Shown: one piece after another, positions 41,972-52,335 of the stretch | Numbering within the stretch: position 1 is the stretch's first letter | Layout of the letters: each line of letters opens with the position of its first letter | Assembly: GCA_026414265.1 (NCBI GenBank) | Contig: JAOAJI010000001.1 | Coordinates: 4,009 to 63,467, forward strand | Length of the DNA stretch: 59,459 bases | Direction of reading: 5' to 3' | Source: Candidatus Micrarchaeota archaeon | GTDB lineage: Archaea; Micrarchaeota; Micrarchaeia; Anstonellales; SKW190 | The notes under the pieces: generated by a model | Told to the model about the DNA's origin: nothing | What the model saw: only the letters and a program-made list of their open reading frames with translations | Databases searched by the model: none | Translations under genes and position numbers: made by a program

Positions 41972-43783
41972 TTGTTCGTAAGTTTCTCTCTTGGTTATCT
42001 AGTTACTAGAGAACATTCGCTATTGAATTTTGGATATGGATTAGCTTTGCTTGCTATTATTGGAATTATATTTAATTTGGTAAAAATACCAATAACTTGG
42101 GAATTGTTTTTAGTACTTGGTATTTTAGCAACATTTGTAGGTAAGAAATTATTGAATTCGTATTTTATTGAAATTCAGCCCCACAATATAAAATCAGATA
42201 CTGTTTTCAATAATATTATAATTGGACTGCTACTAGTCAATTCCATAATCTATTATGTTGGTGCAACAAATTATTTATGGTATGAAGACGGAGACCCTTG
42301 GGGTCATGCAATAGGAGTATATGTGATAAAGGAAAACAAAAGTTTTTCAACCTATTTTAACGAATTGCCGATTGAACTTTTTGAAAGATTGTATATTGAA
42401 CCTTATCCTCCTGGTTACGATATTTTGCTTGCATTACTTGCACAAATTAACAATTCCATCATGTTCACACTTAAATTTTACAATGCCTTTTTAGTTGCAT
42501 ATACTTTAATTCCAGCCTATTTTCTTTTTCTTTTATTGAGTAAAGACCTAAAATTTTCAGTTTTTGCCACTTTTGTTTTACTCATGCTTCCTGCATACAT
42601 GTCTCATTTCATTTGGGCTCAGACATTAGCTATGACCTTTTTCTTATTAGGGTTGTATAGTCTGGCAAAGGTTATTGAGGACAAGAAATACGTGTTGGCT
42701 TCTATAATTACCATAAGCGCTTTGGCATTAACACAGCCATCGGTAGCCGTTATTTTTGTTCCTGTGGCAGGAATTTTGGTCTTATCAATTTTAAGAGAAA
42801 AAGGATTTGATATACAAATTTTGAAATACTTTTTGTTGATCGGATTTCTATCATTGATAATTCCTCTAATAGTTTATTGGATCCCTACGTATCTCAAATT
42901 CGGTTTTGAAAAAACGTTATATGGCATTGGATTATTTGATGCAGAGCAAAAAAAAGCGAACATAGCTGAAATGTTTACACACAGAACTTTAGACACTTCT
43001 GGAGGATTTGTTTATACTTTGGATGATTTCATAAACGCTAAAGAGTTTGGAAAAATAGACCAACACATAGGTATAGGAATAGTTGCCAGTATTTTGTTAA
43101 TCATAGGCTTTGTTTTGTTATTCTTTGTGACTTTAAAAAACAATAAATTTGTTTATACTTTTGTTTTGTTATTCTTTATTTTTTCTATAATAGGAGTACA
43201 AGGAAATGCATTACCAGTAAAATTATTTCCACACAGATTCTGGGTGTTTTTCGCAATTCCTTCAGCTTTCATAATTGTATATGCAACTTTTTACCTATTA
43301 ACTTTGTTAAAGAATAACGTAGCTAAAACTTTGCTTGTTGTTATAATAATTATTCTTATAGGATACACATCTGGGCTCCCAAAGTACAAAGTTCAAACAG
43401 ACATATGGCCACCTTATGTGTTCAAATCAGATTATGAAATAGATGGATATGGCAAAATGATGAATTTAACTGATAAAAATTCAAGAATATTTAGTTTATG
43501 CAACTCTGACTCAATCATAGTAGGATACGAGAGAAAAACAGATATACATTTAAAAGAGCATTATTTGTTCAAAAAAGCCATTCAAAACAAGACTGTAACT
43601 GTCAAAGATGTTGATAACTATGTTAAATTCAAGAACTATACTTATGTAATCATAGACACTAGTTGTATTTCGTATTACAACGAAAAAGAAATTAACAACA
43701 TGCTTAACTATTTTTTCTCAAATACAGAATATACTATGATTTACAACAACCCAGGTTTTTTCATGTTCAAAAGAGTAAGATAA
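41972..43783 (+). CDS. Multi-pass membrane protein, GT-C fold glycosyltransferase-like
   Basis: More than 12 TM segments, first external loop EDGDPWGH...EPYPPGY, PHRFW and a soluble C-terminal domain. The frame is open upstream to 41882. Confidence 0.6.
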   Translation: MFVSFSLGYLVTREHSLLNFGYGLALLAIIGIIFNLVKIPITWELFLVLGILATFVGKKLLNSYFIEIQPHNIKSDTVFNNIIIGLLLVNSIIYYVGATNYLWYEDGDPWGHAIGVYVIKENKSFSTYFNELPIELFERLYIEPYPPGYDILLALLAQINNSIMFTLKFYNAFLVAYTLIPAYFLFLLLSKDLKFSVFATFVLLMLPAYMSHFIWAQTLAMTFFLLGLYSLAKVIEDKKYVLASIITISALALTQPSVAVIFVPVAGILVLSILREKGFDIQILKYFLLIGFLSLIIPLIVYWIPTYLKFGFEKTLYGIGLFDAEQKKANIAEMFTHRTLDTSGGFVYTLDDFINAKEFGKIDQHIGIGIVASILLIIGFVLLFFVTLKNNKFVYTFVLLFFIFSIIGVQGNALPVKLFPHRFWVFFAIPSAFIIVYATFYLLTLLKNNVAKTLLVVIIIILIGYTSGLPKYKVQTDIWPPYVFKSDYEIDGYGKMMNLTDKNSRIFSLCNSDSIIVGYERKTDIHLKEHYLFKKAIQNKTVTVKDVDNYVKFKNYTYVIIDTSCISYYNEKEINNMLNYFFSNTEYTMIYNNPGFFMFKRVR

Positions 43784-43813
43784 CAGCAATCTTTTAAACT
43801 AAAATAACCAAAT

Positions 43814-44548
43814 ATGTTTGCTGGACCAGTTTCCTCTGTGATCGAGATGGATCTTACAGCGAATATTCAAATCCAAAAGCAATTTGACCTAGCTAAATTA
43901 ATCCAGAAGGATTGTTGGAAAACTATTTTGATCGATTTAATTGAGAGGGAAAAACTTGATCCATGGAATATAGATATCGTTGAATTAACTTCCCATTTCA
44001 TTAAAGAAATAAGGCATATGAAAAATTTGAATTTATCGATACCTGCAAATGTTATTCTTGCATCTTCAATACTGTTGAGATTTAAATCAAGTTCACTGAA
44101 GGATTTGGTAGACTATGAGCAGAACTACATCATAGAAGAGGATAACAATTACAATGTGAACCAGTTAATTGAATTGCCTAATTTAACACTTTTGACTAGA
44201 TTACCAAGGAAAAAATTCGTCACTTTAGACGAATTGATTAAAATGGTAGAAGAAGTGATGCACAAAATAAAAATAAGGGCACAAAGTGAACTAAACAAGC
44301 AAAACCAGAAGATGATAGAAATTAAAATAGAAGGCTATGATATCGAGAAAGAAATGGAAAAAATATTGAGTGTGATGAATGAACTAAAAGACCATAACAA
44401 TATGCTCACTTTCAGCATGCTCACAAACAAAGTTGATAGAATTGAAGCATTTCTCCCTCTTCTTTATCTGAGAATGCACAACAAAATCTTATTGATACAA
44501 GAAGAATTCTTCGGAGAAATAATAATTTGCTTAAATGGCATTAACTAA
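43814..44548 (+). CDS. scpA: Segregation/condensation protein A (kleisin)
   Basis: KLDPWNIDIVEL, ASSILLRFKS, VTLDELI, FLPLLYL..QEEFFGEI. Confidence 0.9.
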   Translation: MFAGPVSSVIEMDLTANIQIQKQFDLAKLIQKDCWKTILIDLIEREKLDPWNIDIVELTSHFIKEIRHMKNLNLSIPANVILASSILLRFKSSSLKDLVDYEQNYIIEEDNNYNVNQLIELPNLTLLTRLPRKKFVTLDELIKMVEEVMHKIKIRAQSELNKQNQKMIEIKIEGYDIEKEMEKILSVMNELKDHNNMLTFSMLTNKVDRIEAFLPLLYLRMHNKILLIQEEFFGEIIICLNGIN

Positions 44549-44842
44549 TTTCTTGTGTAGCTTTTTTATTGTCCCAGAGGAAGTAACAGGTATCAATCTC
44601 ACATCTGAAAGAAATGCACAAGCAGATATCAACTTATGAAAATTGAGATGATCAACACATATTACCGCAATTCTGTCTTTTATTGATATAAGTTGAATTT
44701 TTACTTGAGATAAACCTACTTGACCAAAAAGAATTGCATACTGTTTCCTGATCTTTCTTATTATGTCTTTATCAATCTCTTCTGATAGTTCTGACTGGAT
44801 TAAAAAAGCAATGTACCTTTGCTTGAATTGTTTAACTTTCAT
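44531..44842 (-). CDS. rnp2: RNase P subunit Pop5 (Rnp2)
   Basis: KQRYIAF, LFGQVG, SSGTIKKL; lies in the L15e-Rpp30-Pop5 gene order. Confidence 0.85.
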   Translation of the reverse strand: MKVKQFKQRYIAFLIQSELSEEIDKDIIRKIRKQYAILFGQVGLSQVKIQLISIKDRIAVICVDHLNFHKLISACAFLSDVRLIPVTSSGTIKKLHKKLVNAI

Positions 44843-45323
44843 TATCATCACCTAAAAAGTTTTGATTTGATATCATTTCTTTAGCTATATCGTCTTCTAC
44901 GGAAAAAACGGATTTAAGAATAGAAAAATGCTCGTAATATGACCTCAGTTCATAAACTGAAGAAGCTAAACTACAAGACTTTAGTTGAATTTGATTCATG
45001 ATTGCAAAGTCTACAATTTTTTTGTAAGTAGATATTAGATAGACATTTTTAATAACACTGGAAATTGGAATCAATATCGTTAAACGCTTTTTTCCATTTA
45101 CTTTCCTGATCGAATTAAGCTGATTAATTATTGAATTATCTGCAACCAAAACACAATTACTGAAGTTACATTTCTTTGCTTCTTCTACTTTGTGAATCAA
45201 GTTAGGTATCTCATCCAATCTGATGATCCTTTTGATACCAAAAAATCTATACTCTGGTAGTTGATGAAAATTCTTAATTATATCTATATTAAAATTATTG
45301 TCAACTACGTCTATAAATTCCAT
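44832..45323 (-). CDS. Shortened, diverged RNase P subunit Rpp30 (Rnp3)
   Basis: SLASSVYELRS motif resembles Rpp30 S.A....ELR.P; positioned between L15e and Pop5. Confidence 0.6.
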   Translation of the reverse strand: MEFIDVVDNNFNIDIIKNFHQLPEYRFFGIKRIIRLDEIPNLIHKVEEAKKCNFSNCVLVADNSIINQLNSIRKVNGKKRLTILIPISSVIKNVYLISTYKKIVDFAIMNQIQLKSCSLASSVYELRSYYEHFSILKSVFSVEDDIAKEMISNQNFLGDDNES

Positions 45324-45332
45324 AACATAATT

Positions 45333-45836
45333 CTATCCTTTGTTGATAAGACCCCTTGCTTTTCTGCCTTGGTACGTTAAACCCCTATAAACCCTTCTCT
45401 TAACATTTTTAGCAGGTATTTTGATTGTAGATGCGTTAGGGTCAAACAGAATTACTTCATAGAAGTTGTATTGACCATCTTCTCCAATGTAATATGAGTT
45501 GAGGACTTCTAGGTTAGTAAACTTTTTCTGTGCTCTTTTTTCTGCTATCAACTGATACGATTCATTTCTGGTAACATATCTGAAGTTACTACCTGGTTTT
45601 CTACCTTTAGCAGGTTTTTCTCTTTTTCTTTTGCCTTTTCTAATTCTTACTCTCGCAATAATAAAGCCTTGTTTTGGTTTGTATCCTAATACTCTAGCTC
45701 TAGGGAGATTACTAGGTTTTTCTACTCGTACTACAGAAGGCTGCTTTTTCCATTCAATGATCTTCTTTCTAAGAGATTCAGACCTTTTCTTGTACTCTTG
45801 TATTATTGTCTGCTTGATATACTTATAAGCACCCAT
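45333..45836 (-). CDS. rpl15e: 50S ribosomal protein L15e
   Basis: MGAYKYI, RARVLGYKPKQG, NLEVLNSY, YEVIL; start at 45836. Confidence 0.96.
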   Translation of the reverse strand: MGAYKYIKQTIIQEYKKRSESLRKKIIEWKKQPSVVRVEKPSNLPRARVLGYKPKQGFIIARVRIRKGKRKREKPAKGRKPGSNFRYVTRNESYQLIAEKRAQKKFTNLEVLNSYYIGEDGQYNFYEVILFDPNASTIKIPAKNVKRRVYRGLTYQGRKARGLINKG

Positions 45837-45930
45837 GACTATAACCTCTATTTTTAGATAACTCAAATTAATGATAGTAATGTTTTTAATAGTTATTATA
45901 TAGATGGAAAATACTATCGGTGAACGTGAA

Positions 45931-46089
45931 ATGGGAAAATTTCCTGAAGCAGATAGACTAATTGCTAATACTAAAATCTGTTTTAAATGCAAAGCCAGAA
46001 ATCCAAAAACAGCTCAAAAGTGCAGGAAGTGTGGATACAAGTATCTAAGACCTAAGAACAAGGAATTGGCTGCAAAGAAAGGCGCTTAA
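45931..46089 (+). CDS. rpl40e: 50S ribosomal protein L40e
   Basis: [32 protein letters not shown]. Confidence 0.95.
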   Translation: MGKFPEADRLIANTKICFKCKARNPKTAQKCRKCGYKYLRPKNKELAAKKGA

Positions 46090-46189
46090 TTTTTGTTATA
46101 AAAGAAAGCATTATTGCACTTTCTTATTGTTTTTTTTAACACATATTTTTTAAATAGATGGGTTTATTTCTTTCTTTAGGTGTTAGCTT

Positions 46190-48298
46190 ATGGCAATTGA
46201 CGATAGTGGCAATGCTCAAGAAAATGAAGAAAAAAAGAAAAATGAAGCAATTGAAGAAATTTTATCATTAAAAGATCCGAGCAAGAAAGAATCGAATAAA
46301 GGCACTGAAGAAAAAGGAAACAAAGAGAATCAAGGAAGCACACGTACAGAAACAAAAACACAAATTGAAAATTCAGTAGATAATCAGATACACCCATTGG
46401 TAGAGCTTCAGGAGATAAGAGAAAGGTGCCAAAGATTAGGGAATTTCAGCACTAAAGCAAGAAGTGCTATTCTTTTTTTAAGCAATTTCCATGCCTGGGC
46501 TCTAAAACAAGTCTTAAATCATGTGAATGGAATACAAACTAAAGATCAACAAATAGAACCAGTTCAACAACCAAATCAAAAGAGTTTTGGAAAGGTAATT
46601 GCTGGTGTTGTTGTTCTACCAGGAATGACAATGGCTTTAGGGCATCTCTTACCTGCAACTGGCTCGATCTTTGGCATGTTTACAATCCCGTATGCTCCAA
46701 TCATAAAAATTGGATTTGGAATTGCAGGCTCTGCACTAGCCTTGAAAAATCTGAGCGATGTCTTGGCTTTCAAGAGGGTTGATAAGAGAACCACTAATGT
46801 AATGGAAGAAATAGAAGAGTTGTTAAATGAACAAAATGAAAAGATAATAGAAGAGGACATTAGAGATTACGCAAAAGCGTTGGCTGAGAGATTAGTGAAC
46901 TTAGCAGCGCATGGGAATAACTCATTAAACTCTACTCAGCAACAAAACGATAACTCGATTGAATCTATTATGAATAGAGGATTAGGAACACTCAATTCAT
47001 TGATACAAAGGTATAAAACAGATAATCAAAACTATCAAGAATTTGATGCAAATAAACTTCTGTTAGAAGAGATAGAAAAGTCGAGAAGAAAAGGGAGAAT
47101 TTTTGCATGGCTAAGATTCTTCGGCTCTTTGATTGGAGGAATTGTTGGTGCATTTGGATTAAGGGCTTTGTTTGGCTTATTTGATAATCATGACCAAACC
47201 ATACAGCATAAACAAGGAATACAAACAGAAGAGAAGATTACAGAGACCCAAAATAGTGCAAAATTAACTGAGAGCACTAATCAAGAACAACTACAATCAA
47301 ATACTGCAAACCAAAGTTTGTCTAAACCTACTCAAACCCATGCAGTAGAAGAAAAAATATCTAGTGATAGAGAAATTAAAATAAACAAAAGCGATCAACC
47401 TATTCCTAAAACAGAAACTTTGCCTGAAACAAACAAACAGCAAATGAGTGGAAACGTGCCAATTAATAAACCAATAACAGATACTAAAGATATAATCGCA
47501 CCGTTAACTCCACCTAAAGCTACTGTACCTGAAATAGTATTCCAGCCACCTGAAATGCCAAAATTGATAGACCCTTTTGAATTACCTAAAGACGATACAG
47601 TTACAGAAGACAGTACTACTCAACACTATGAATCTTACAAAAGTGCAGAAGGTATCAAACCATTGAATAGTAAGACAGTATCAGAAGCTATAGATCCTTT
47701 GGCAATGAACAGAATCAGCGAAGAAGAAATTCTAGAGGCATCAAGAGGCAAAGTTTCTGCTGAAGAATTACTTGACAAAGATAGCGTACAAACAACTACA
47801 GCAAAAACAGATGACATTAGAAAACTTATTCAATACATAGAAGAAAACAAAGATAGGATAGATGGAAAAACCTTTGAAGAAATAGTTAAAAACGCAAAAT
47901 TAGAGGATAACGAAATTGCTGAACAAGTAATCAAAAGCTTCCAAGAAAAACAAGGAAAATTAAATGACGAAAGCTTGGACAACTTCAAGAGACTTGGAAA
48001 GATAGATCCAGATGCATTGACAAGACACGTAGAAACTATGAAAGAAAGTAGAGGAGTTGAAGAAAAGGCTTATGATATTTTTGAAAACAAAATCCTACCT
48101 AAAGATGTAAGAAATGCATTTGACGAAATGGATACAAGAAGATATGAATTATCAAACTCATTCAAGGATGCAAAAATACCTGGGAATGACGAACATGACT
48201 TGCAGAAGTACAGAGCGGCTGAACAGAAATTGAGAGAAGCAAACACAACTCTCAGAAATTTGAGCGAAAAATATATGAATCATAAACTAACCAAATAA
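46190..48298 (+). CDS. Hypothetical 702-aa membrane-associated protein (intact paralog of 39636..41697)
   Basis: Charged N-terminus, Gly-rich hydrophobic hairpin, third TM, P/T/Q-rich linker and a helical C-domain shared with the paralog; SD AGGTG upstream. Confidence 0.8.
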   Translation: MAIDDSGNAQENEEKKKNEAIEEILSLKDPSKKESNKGTEEKGNKENQGSTRTETKTQIENSVDNQIHPLVELQEIRERCQRLGNFSTKARSAILFLSNFHAWALKQVLNHVNGIQTKDQQIEPVQQPNQKSFGKVIAGVVVLPGMTMALGHLLPATGSIFGMFTIPYAPIIKIGFGIAGSALALKNLSDVLAFKRVDKRTTNVMEEIEELLNEQNEKIIEEDIRDYAKALAERLVNLAAHGNNSLNSTQQQNDNSIESIMNRGLGTLNSLIQRYKTDNQNYQEFDANKLLLEEIEKSRRKGRIFAWLRFFGSLIGGIVGAFGLRALFGLFDNHDQTIQHKQGIQTEEKITETQNSAKLTESTNQEQLQSNTANQSLSKPTQTHAVEEKISSDREIKINKSDQPIPKTETLPETNKQQMSGNVPINKPITDTKDIIAPLTPPKATVPEIVFQPPEMPKLIDPFELPKDDTVTEDSTTQHYESYKSAEGIKPLNSKTVSEAIDPLAMNRISEEEILEASRGKVSAEELLDKDSVQTTTAKTDDIRKLIQYIEENKDRIDGKTFEEIVKNAKLEDNEIAEQVIKSFQEKQGKLNDESLDNFKRLGKIDPDALTRHVETMKESRGVEEKAYDIFENKILPKDVRNAFDEMDTRRYELSNSFKDAKIPGNDEHDLQKYRAAEQKLREANTTLRNLSEKYMNHKLTK

Positions 48299-48300
48299 AT

Positions 48301-48882
48301 TCACAGATCAACATTGTCAAACTTTTTCAAATAATTAAGACAAGTATTTTTTATTTCTTTAGTTGGAATAACAACCACTATGCCTTCATTAGGTTGACCA
48401 TAACATAGTAATTGATGCTCTTGCATCAACACCATAATGGGCAATGCAACTAGATCCTCTTCTCCGATTATTCTTATAACGATTGGTTCATAATTAGATA
48501 TAGTTTTCTTATCGTGAAATTGATTAATCAAAAATTTAATCAATGACTTGTTTAGCATTCCAGGTGGATTTTCAAAAACGAATTGGTTCTTGAATTTATT
48601 ATTCAACATTTCTTTAGATTTTTCGTCTAATTCTTTTCTCATGGTCTTAAAATCAAAAACTACCATGGAACAATTAAAACCTAAATCAATTAACTTAAGA
48701 ATTGTTGAGTCACCTACTGCAATTATATCACGTCCATTCAATTGTTCTTTGACGACATCGTCTGATTTGATCACAGTACCAAAAGGTTCTCTTAATTTAT
48801 CTCTCAAATAATCCGGTAATTTAAAGAATTTAGAATCATTTATCATAATGAGTTGTAAGAGTTTGTCACAATAAGATTTCAT
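48301..48882 (-). CDS. GTP-dependent dephospho-CoA kinase (DUF359)
   Basis: LREPFG, IAVGD, DFKTMR, NPPG, GEEDL, YGQPNEG. Confidence 0.9.
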   Translation of the reverse strand: MKSYCDKLLQLIMINDSKFFKLPDYLRDKLREPFGTVIKSDDVVKEQLNGRDIIAVGDSTILKLIDLGFNCSMVVFDFKTMRKELDEKSKEMLNNKFKNQFVFENPPGMLNKSLIKFLINQFHDKKTISNYEPIVIRIIGEEDLVALPIMVLMQEHQLLCYGQPNEGIVVVIPTKEIKNTCLNYLKKFDNVDL

Positions 48883-48935
48883 ACAAAGTTATATGAAAGT
48901 ATAAAAATAAAAATTAAATAATTGAATTAGCTGAT

Positions 48936-49160
48936 GTGAAATTGATGAAATGTGAAGACGATGACTGCTATGAAACTGAAAATTTAATTGAATGTGTTTA
49001 CTGTAAAAAATTTTTTTGTAGAATGCACATCAAACCTTTACTTCCTTTAGAGTACAAGTTCCTCAAAAGGTATTTAGAAGATGACAAACACGAATTGATA
49101 AAGAAAGTGGAATTAAAAATGGGCCATTTCTGCAGAGAATACGCAAGATATATTGCATGA
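48936..49160 (+). CDS. AN1-type zinc finger protein
   Basis: C-x4-C...C-x2-C-x4-C-x2-H and a distal HFC. Confidence 0.6.
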   Translation: MKLMKCEDDDCYETENLIECVYCKKFFCRMHIKPLLPLEYKFLKRYLEDDKHELIKKVELKMGHFCREYARYIA

Positions 49161-49165
49161 TTTAA

Positions 49166-50131
49166 TCAAAACAACTTCGTTATCAAAACCCCAACTAGAA
49201 TCGCTAATATCATTGATGGAATTATAGCAACCAGTGCAGGAAAAACAGTCCTTCTTTTCATGAGTGCTTCAAGCATTATATTAACAGAGAATATGCCTAT
49301 GATCAAACTCAATAGCAATCCCACTAGACCGTTAGCAAAGAAATTGATCGTTGTAAGTGTTGAAAACATAACAAGATCACCGCTACCTAAGTCGACTCTA
49401 CTGTAAACCCTTTCTTGGGATTCTATACGTTTTAAAATTAGTTCTGCATCCTTTTGCTCAATTCTATTAGTCTTAATATCAGATTCTATCATTTCCTTAG
49501 CTTTTTCTTTTTCAATCTCAACGTACGAGGTCACGGTCATAGGTAAATTATATTTAACTATGTTTTCTGCAAAATACACCATGTGCTTTGTTACGAAAAC
49601 AGAAACAATATCATAAACTAGTAAAAATAGCGAGAATATTATGATGGTCGTGAAATCGAAAACCAACAGAATAATGATTGCTATACCTGTTGCACTTATA
49701 ATGGCCATCAAATCTTTAAGAACAACGTACTTTTGTTTAAGAAAGTAAACAATAATCGTGAGCAAAATAGAACCAATTATGAGCAACAGAATATCAAATT
49801 GCATGAATAGAGGCAGTAACATCGAATAAAAAAATGTCAAACTGGGAAAAAAGAAAACTAGAAATTCGAAAGACATGGCAACTTTCTTGACATGCAGAAA
49901 CTTAAACAGAATAATCATGAAAATCGTTACAAAAACTAAATTCACTATCAAAGAAATCCAATTTATTTCACTGTATGATTGTTCTATTTCCTCTTCGATA
50001 ACAGATCTCAAAGCATTACCTGAAGAGCTAATATGATTATACAATCCAAATATTGTCAACATTGTAGAGATGAGCAGGTAAACGAGAATCCTATTTTTAC
50101 CAACTAGTAAATCTTTAAAAAAATCATTCAT
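49166..50131 (-). CDS. Presenilin-family (GxGD) intramembrane aspartyl protease
   Basis: YD motif (VYDIVSVFVTKHM), LGSGD and PAL motif. Confidence 0.88.
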   Translation of the reverse strand: MNDFFKDLLVGKNRILVYLLISTMLTIFGLYNHISSSGNALRSVIEEEIEQSYSEINWISLIVNLVFVTIFMIILFKFLHVKKVAMSFEFLVFFFPSLTFFYSMLLPLFMQFDILLLIIGSILLTIIVYFLKQKYVVLKDLMAIISATGIAIIILLVFDFTTIIIFSLFLLVYDIVSVFVTKHMVYFAENIVKYNLPMTVTSYVEIEKEKAKEMIESDIKTNRIEQKDAELILKRIESQERVYSRVDLGSGDLVMFSTLTTINFFANGLVGLLLSLIIGIFSVNIMLEALMKRRTVFPALVAIIPSMILAILVGVLITKLF

Positions 50132-50152
50132 AGTACCACTGAAAAGTTTCTG

Positions 50153-52252
50153 TTAAGCCTGGTCAACTAATCTATACTTCCCATACGTTACCATGTAAAG
50201 TTCTCCTTTCTTCTCTAAATCATCAATGATTTTTCTTGTAGTTGAAGAATCTATAGAATATCTTTCTTCTGCTGTTTTAATTAATTGCTTTTCGTCTATT
50301 TCATTAAATTTAGTGAAAAGCTCTCTTGCTATTTCAATTATTATATTGTATTTATCAAGCATTGATTTCGGCTTTCCTATAGTTATCATATCTATGTCTA
50401 TCCTCCCAGTCTCTCTGTCAACCAAAATCCTGTTTAAAACGAAGTCCATTAAAGAAATTGCCCTTTTAGCATCTGATTCTTCGACTATTTTGGACATCCT
50501 CAGTTTCGCACTTGCCTCGCTCAACCTTATCAAGCCTTCTATTTGCCTTGGAGTTATAGGCACTGCACCTTGTGATTTACCTATTTTTCTTAACTCAACA
50601 TAATAATCCCTTATAATCTTCATAGCCTCTTCTGATAAAACAGGCCTAACATTCTTTCTCATATATGCAATATATTTTCTTAGAATCTCTGGAGAGATTA
50701 TATCGTCATCTGTTATTTCAGAGTATTTTTCAGGTATTGCTTCTGCACCCAATTGATGCCTTTTCAAAATGAACTCAGCTAACGTAGAGTCCTTTTGCTC
50801 GTCCATGACGTCGATAACAGGGAAAATCAAATCAAACCTTGATAGAATTGTTGGAGGGATATCAAATTGGTCTGCTGGAGGTTTGTTTGGATCAAACCTA
50901 CCTCTTTTAGGATTTGCTGCAGCCAAGATCGCTGTTTTAGCCTTGAATTTTGCAACTATGCCTGCTTTCGCTATGCTCACTGATTGTGATTCCATGACCT
51001 CGTGCATCGCAGCCCTTTCGTTTTCATCAATTTTGTCGAATTCGTCAATGCAAGCTATTCCTCCAGAAGCCAGTACCAAAGCACCTGCTTTCAGAGTCCA
51101 GCCGCCTTCACTCAACTCATCTCTTTCTGCAGAGGCAGTTAAACCAACACCAGTAATACTCTTTCCGCTAACAAATATGCACTTAGGAGCTATTTGCTCT
51201 ACTTGTTGTAAAAACCTTGTTTTCGCAGTTCCAGGATCGCCTATCAATAACAAGTGAATGTCTTCACGCATTTTTGTCCCCAAAACGTCTTTGTCTTTGG
51301 TACCTCCAAACAACTGCAGAGCAATCGCTAATTTTACTTCTTCATGACCATATATCATTGGTGCTATTGATTTCGTAATCTTTTCAACGATTCTTGGATC
51401 TCTTGCAAGAGCTAAAATCTCTTTCTCGTCATCTTCAGAAATCTCGATTTCCTCAAAATCTTTTTGTGTATGAGAGAAATTGATAACCTCAACGTATTTT
51501 GTGTAATTGTTTGTTTTTTTGCCTTTCCTCAAGTTTATTACAGGCCTTATTCGCATTATTCCTGTTACTATGACATTATCACCTGGATTAATAGTGTTAA
51601 CCAAATCGTCTTCAAATATCAATTCAATTTTTGCCGCTGGTGTTCCTCCTCTAACTCGTTCTAGAATTTCCTGTGCCTCAGCCCTCTGCAAATCGATGAA
51701 ATTAGACGATTTTTCATCTAGTTGAAGCGCAGGCTTTTTACATACATCACATCTCACAGGAAGCTCTGTGTTCTTCAAAACATGGAACTTTTGCGTAGAA
51801 TTGCATAAAGAGCATCTCAAAACTGCTTTTTCTACTCTATGCAATACCTCAGTTCTCTTAGTAATGAGTGCTTTGAAAGTTACCAAGCCATCAATGTTTT
51901 CAGATTTTATGTTCTGAATCAATAGATTCCTGTCTGGCCAGTTCTTTAATCTTATGTTAGGCTCGAAATCTTCTAATCCAAGGTCAACACCATGTTTTTT
52001 TAGCTCTTCCTTGGCCAACTCCAAAACTAAATCAGGGTTTGCTTCTAACGCATCTATCAAAACAGGACTGAACAATTCCATTTCCCTATAGTCTATGTAA
52101 AAACTTTTTTTATCAGGGTAATAGGCTAAAAAGTCCTCGATTCTCTTTTTCAGAATGGTTGAAAAGAACTTTTCCCATACTTCAGCTATCGTATCTACAT
52201 CTAAATTAAATACTTCGATATTTTTTGTTCTCATAAAATCAAGCTTGAGCAA
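50153..52252 (-). CDS. mcm: MCM replicative helicase
   Basis: Zn finger CSLC/CDVC, GDPGTAKT, CIDEFDK, AANP, SRFD, ITPRQIE; start perhaps 52234. Confidence 0.97.
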   Translation of the reverse strand: MLKLDFMRTKNIEVFNLDVDTIAEVWEKFFSTILKKRIEDFLAYYPDKKSFYIDYREMELFSPVLIDALEANPDLVLELAKEELKKHGVDLGLEDFEPNIRLKNWPDRNLLIQNIKSENIDGLVTFKALITKRTEVLHRVEKAVLRCSLCNSTQKFHVLKNTELPVRCDVCKKPALQLDEKSSNFIDLQRAEAQEILERVRGGTPAAKIELIFEDDLVNTINPGDNVIVTGIMRIRPVINLRKGKKTNNYTKYVEVINFSHTQKDFEEIEISEDDEKEILALARDPRIVEKITKSIAPMIYGHEEVKLAIALQLFGGTKDKDVLGTKMREDIHLLLIGDPGTAKTRFLQQVEQIAPKCIFVSGKSITGVGLTASAERDELSEGGWTLKAGALVLASGGIACIDEFDKIDENERAAMHEVMESQSVSIAKAGIVAKFKAKTAILAAANPKRGRFDPNKPPADQFDIPPTILSRFDLIFPVIDVMDEQKDSTLAEFILKRHQLGAEAIPEKYSEITDDDIISPEILRKYIAYMRKNVRPVLSEEAMKIIRDYYVELRKIGKSQGAVPITPRQIEGLIRLSEASAKLRMSKIVEESDAKRAISLMDFVLNRILVDRETGRIDIDMITIGKPKSMLDKYNIIIEIARELFTKFNEIDEKQLIKTAEERYSIDSSTTRKIIDDLEKKGELYMVTYGKYRLVDQA

Positions 52253-52335
52253 ATACTTATTGCATAGAAAATTTTAAAATCACATAAAGCAAAAAAAGGT
52301 TTTTATTGTGAAAATGAGACATAGCATAGATAAGG

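Noticed and set aside
45837..45992. N-terminal extensions of L15e and L40e ORFs that overlap each other (similar extensions on thrS and VIT1)
   Set aside because: The conserved proteins start at 45836 and 45931; the extensions cover the divergent promoter and are ORF-caller artefacts.
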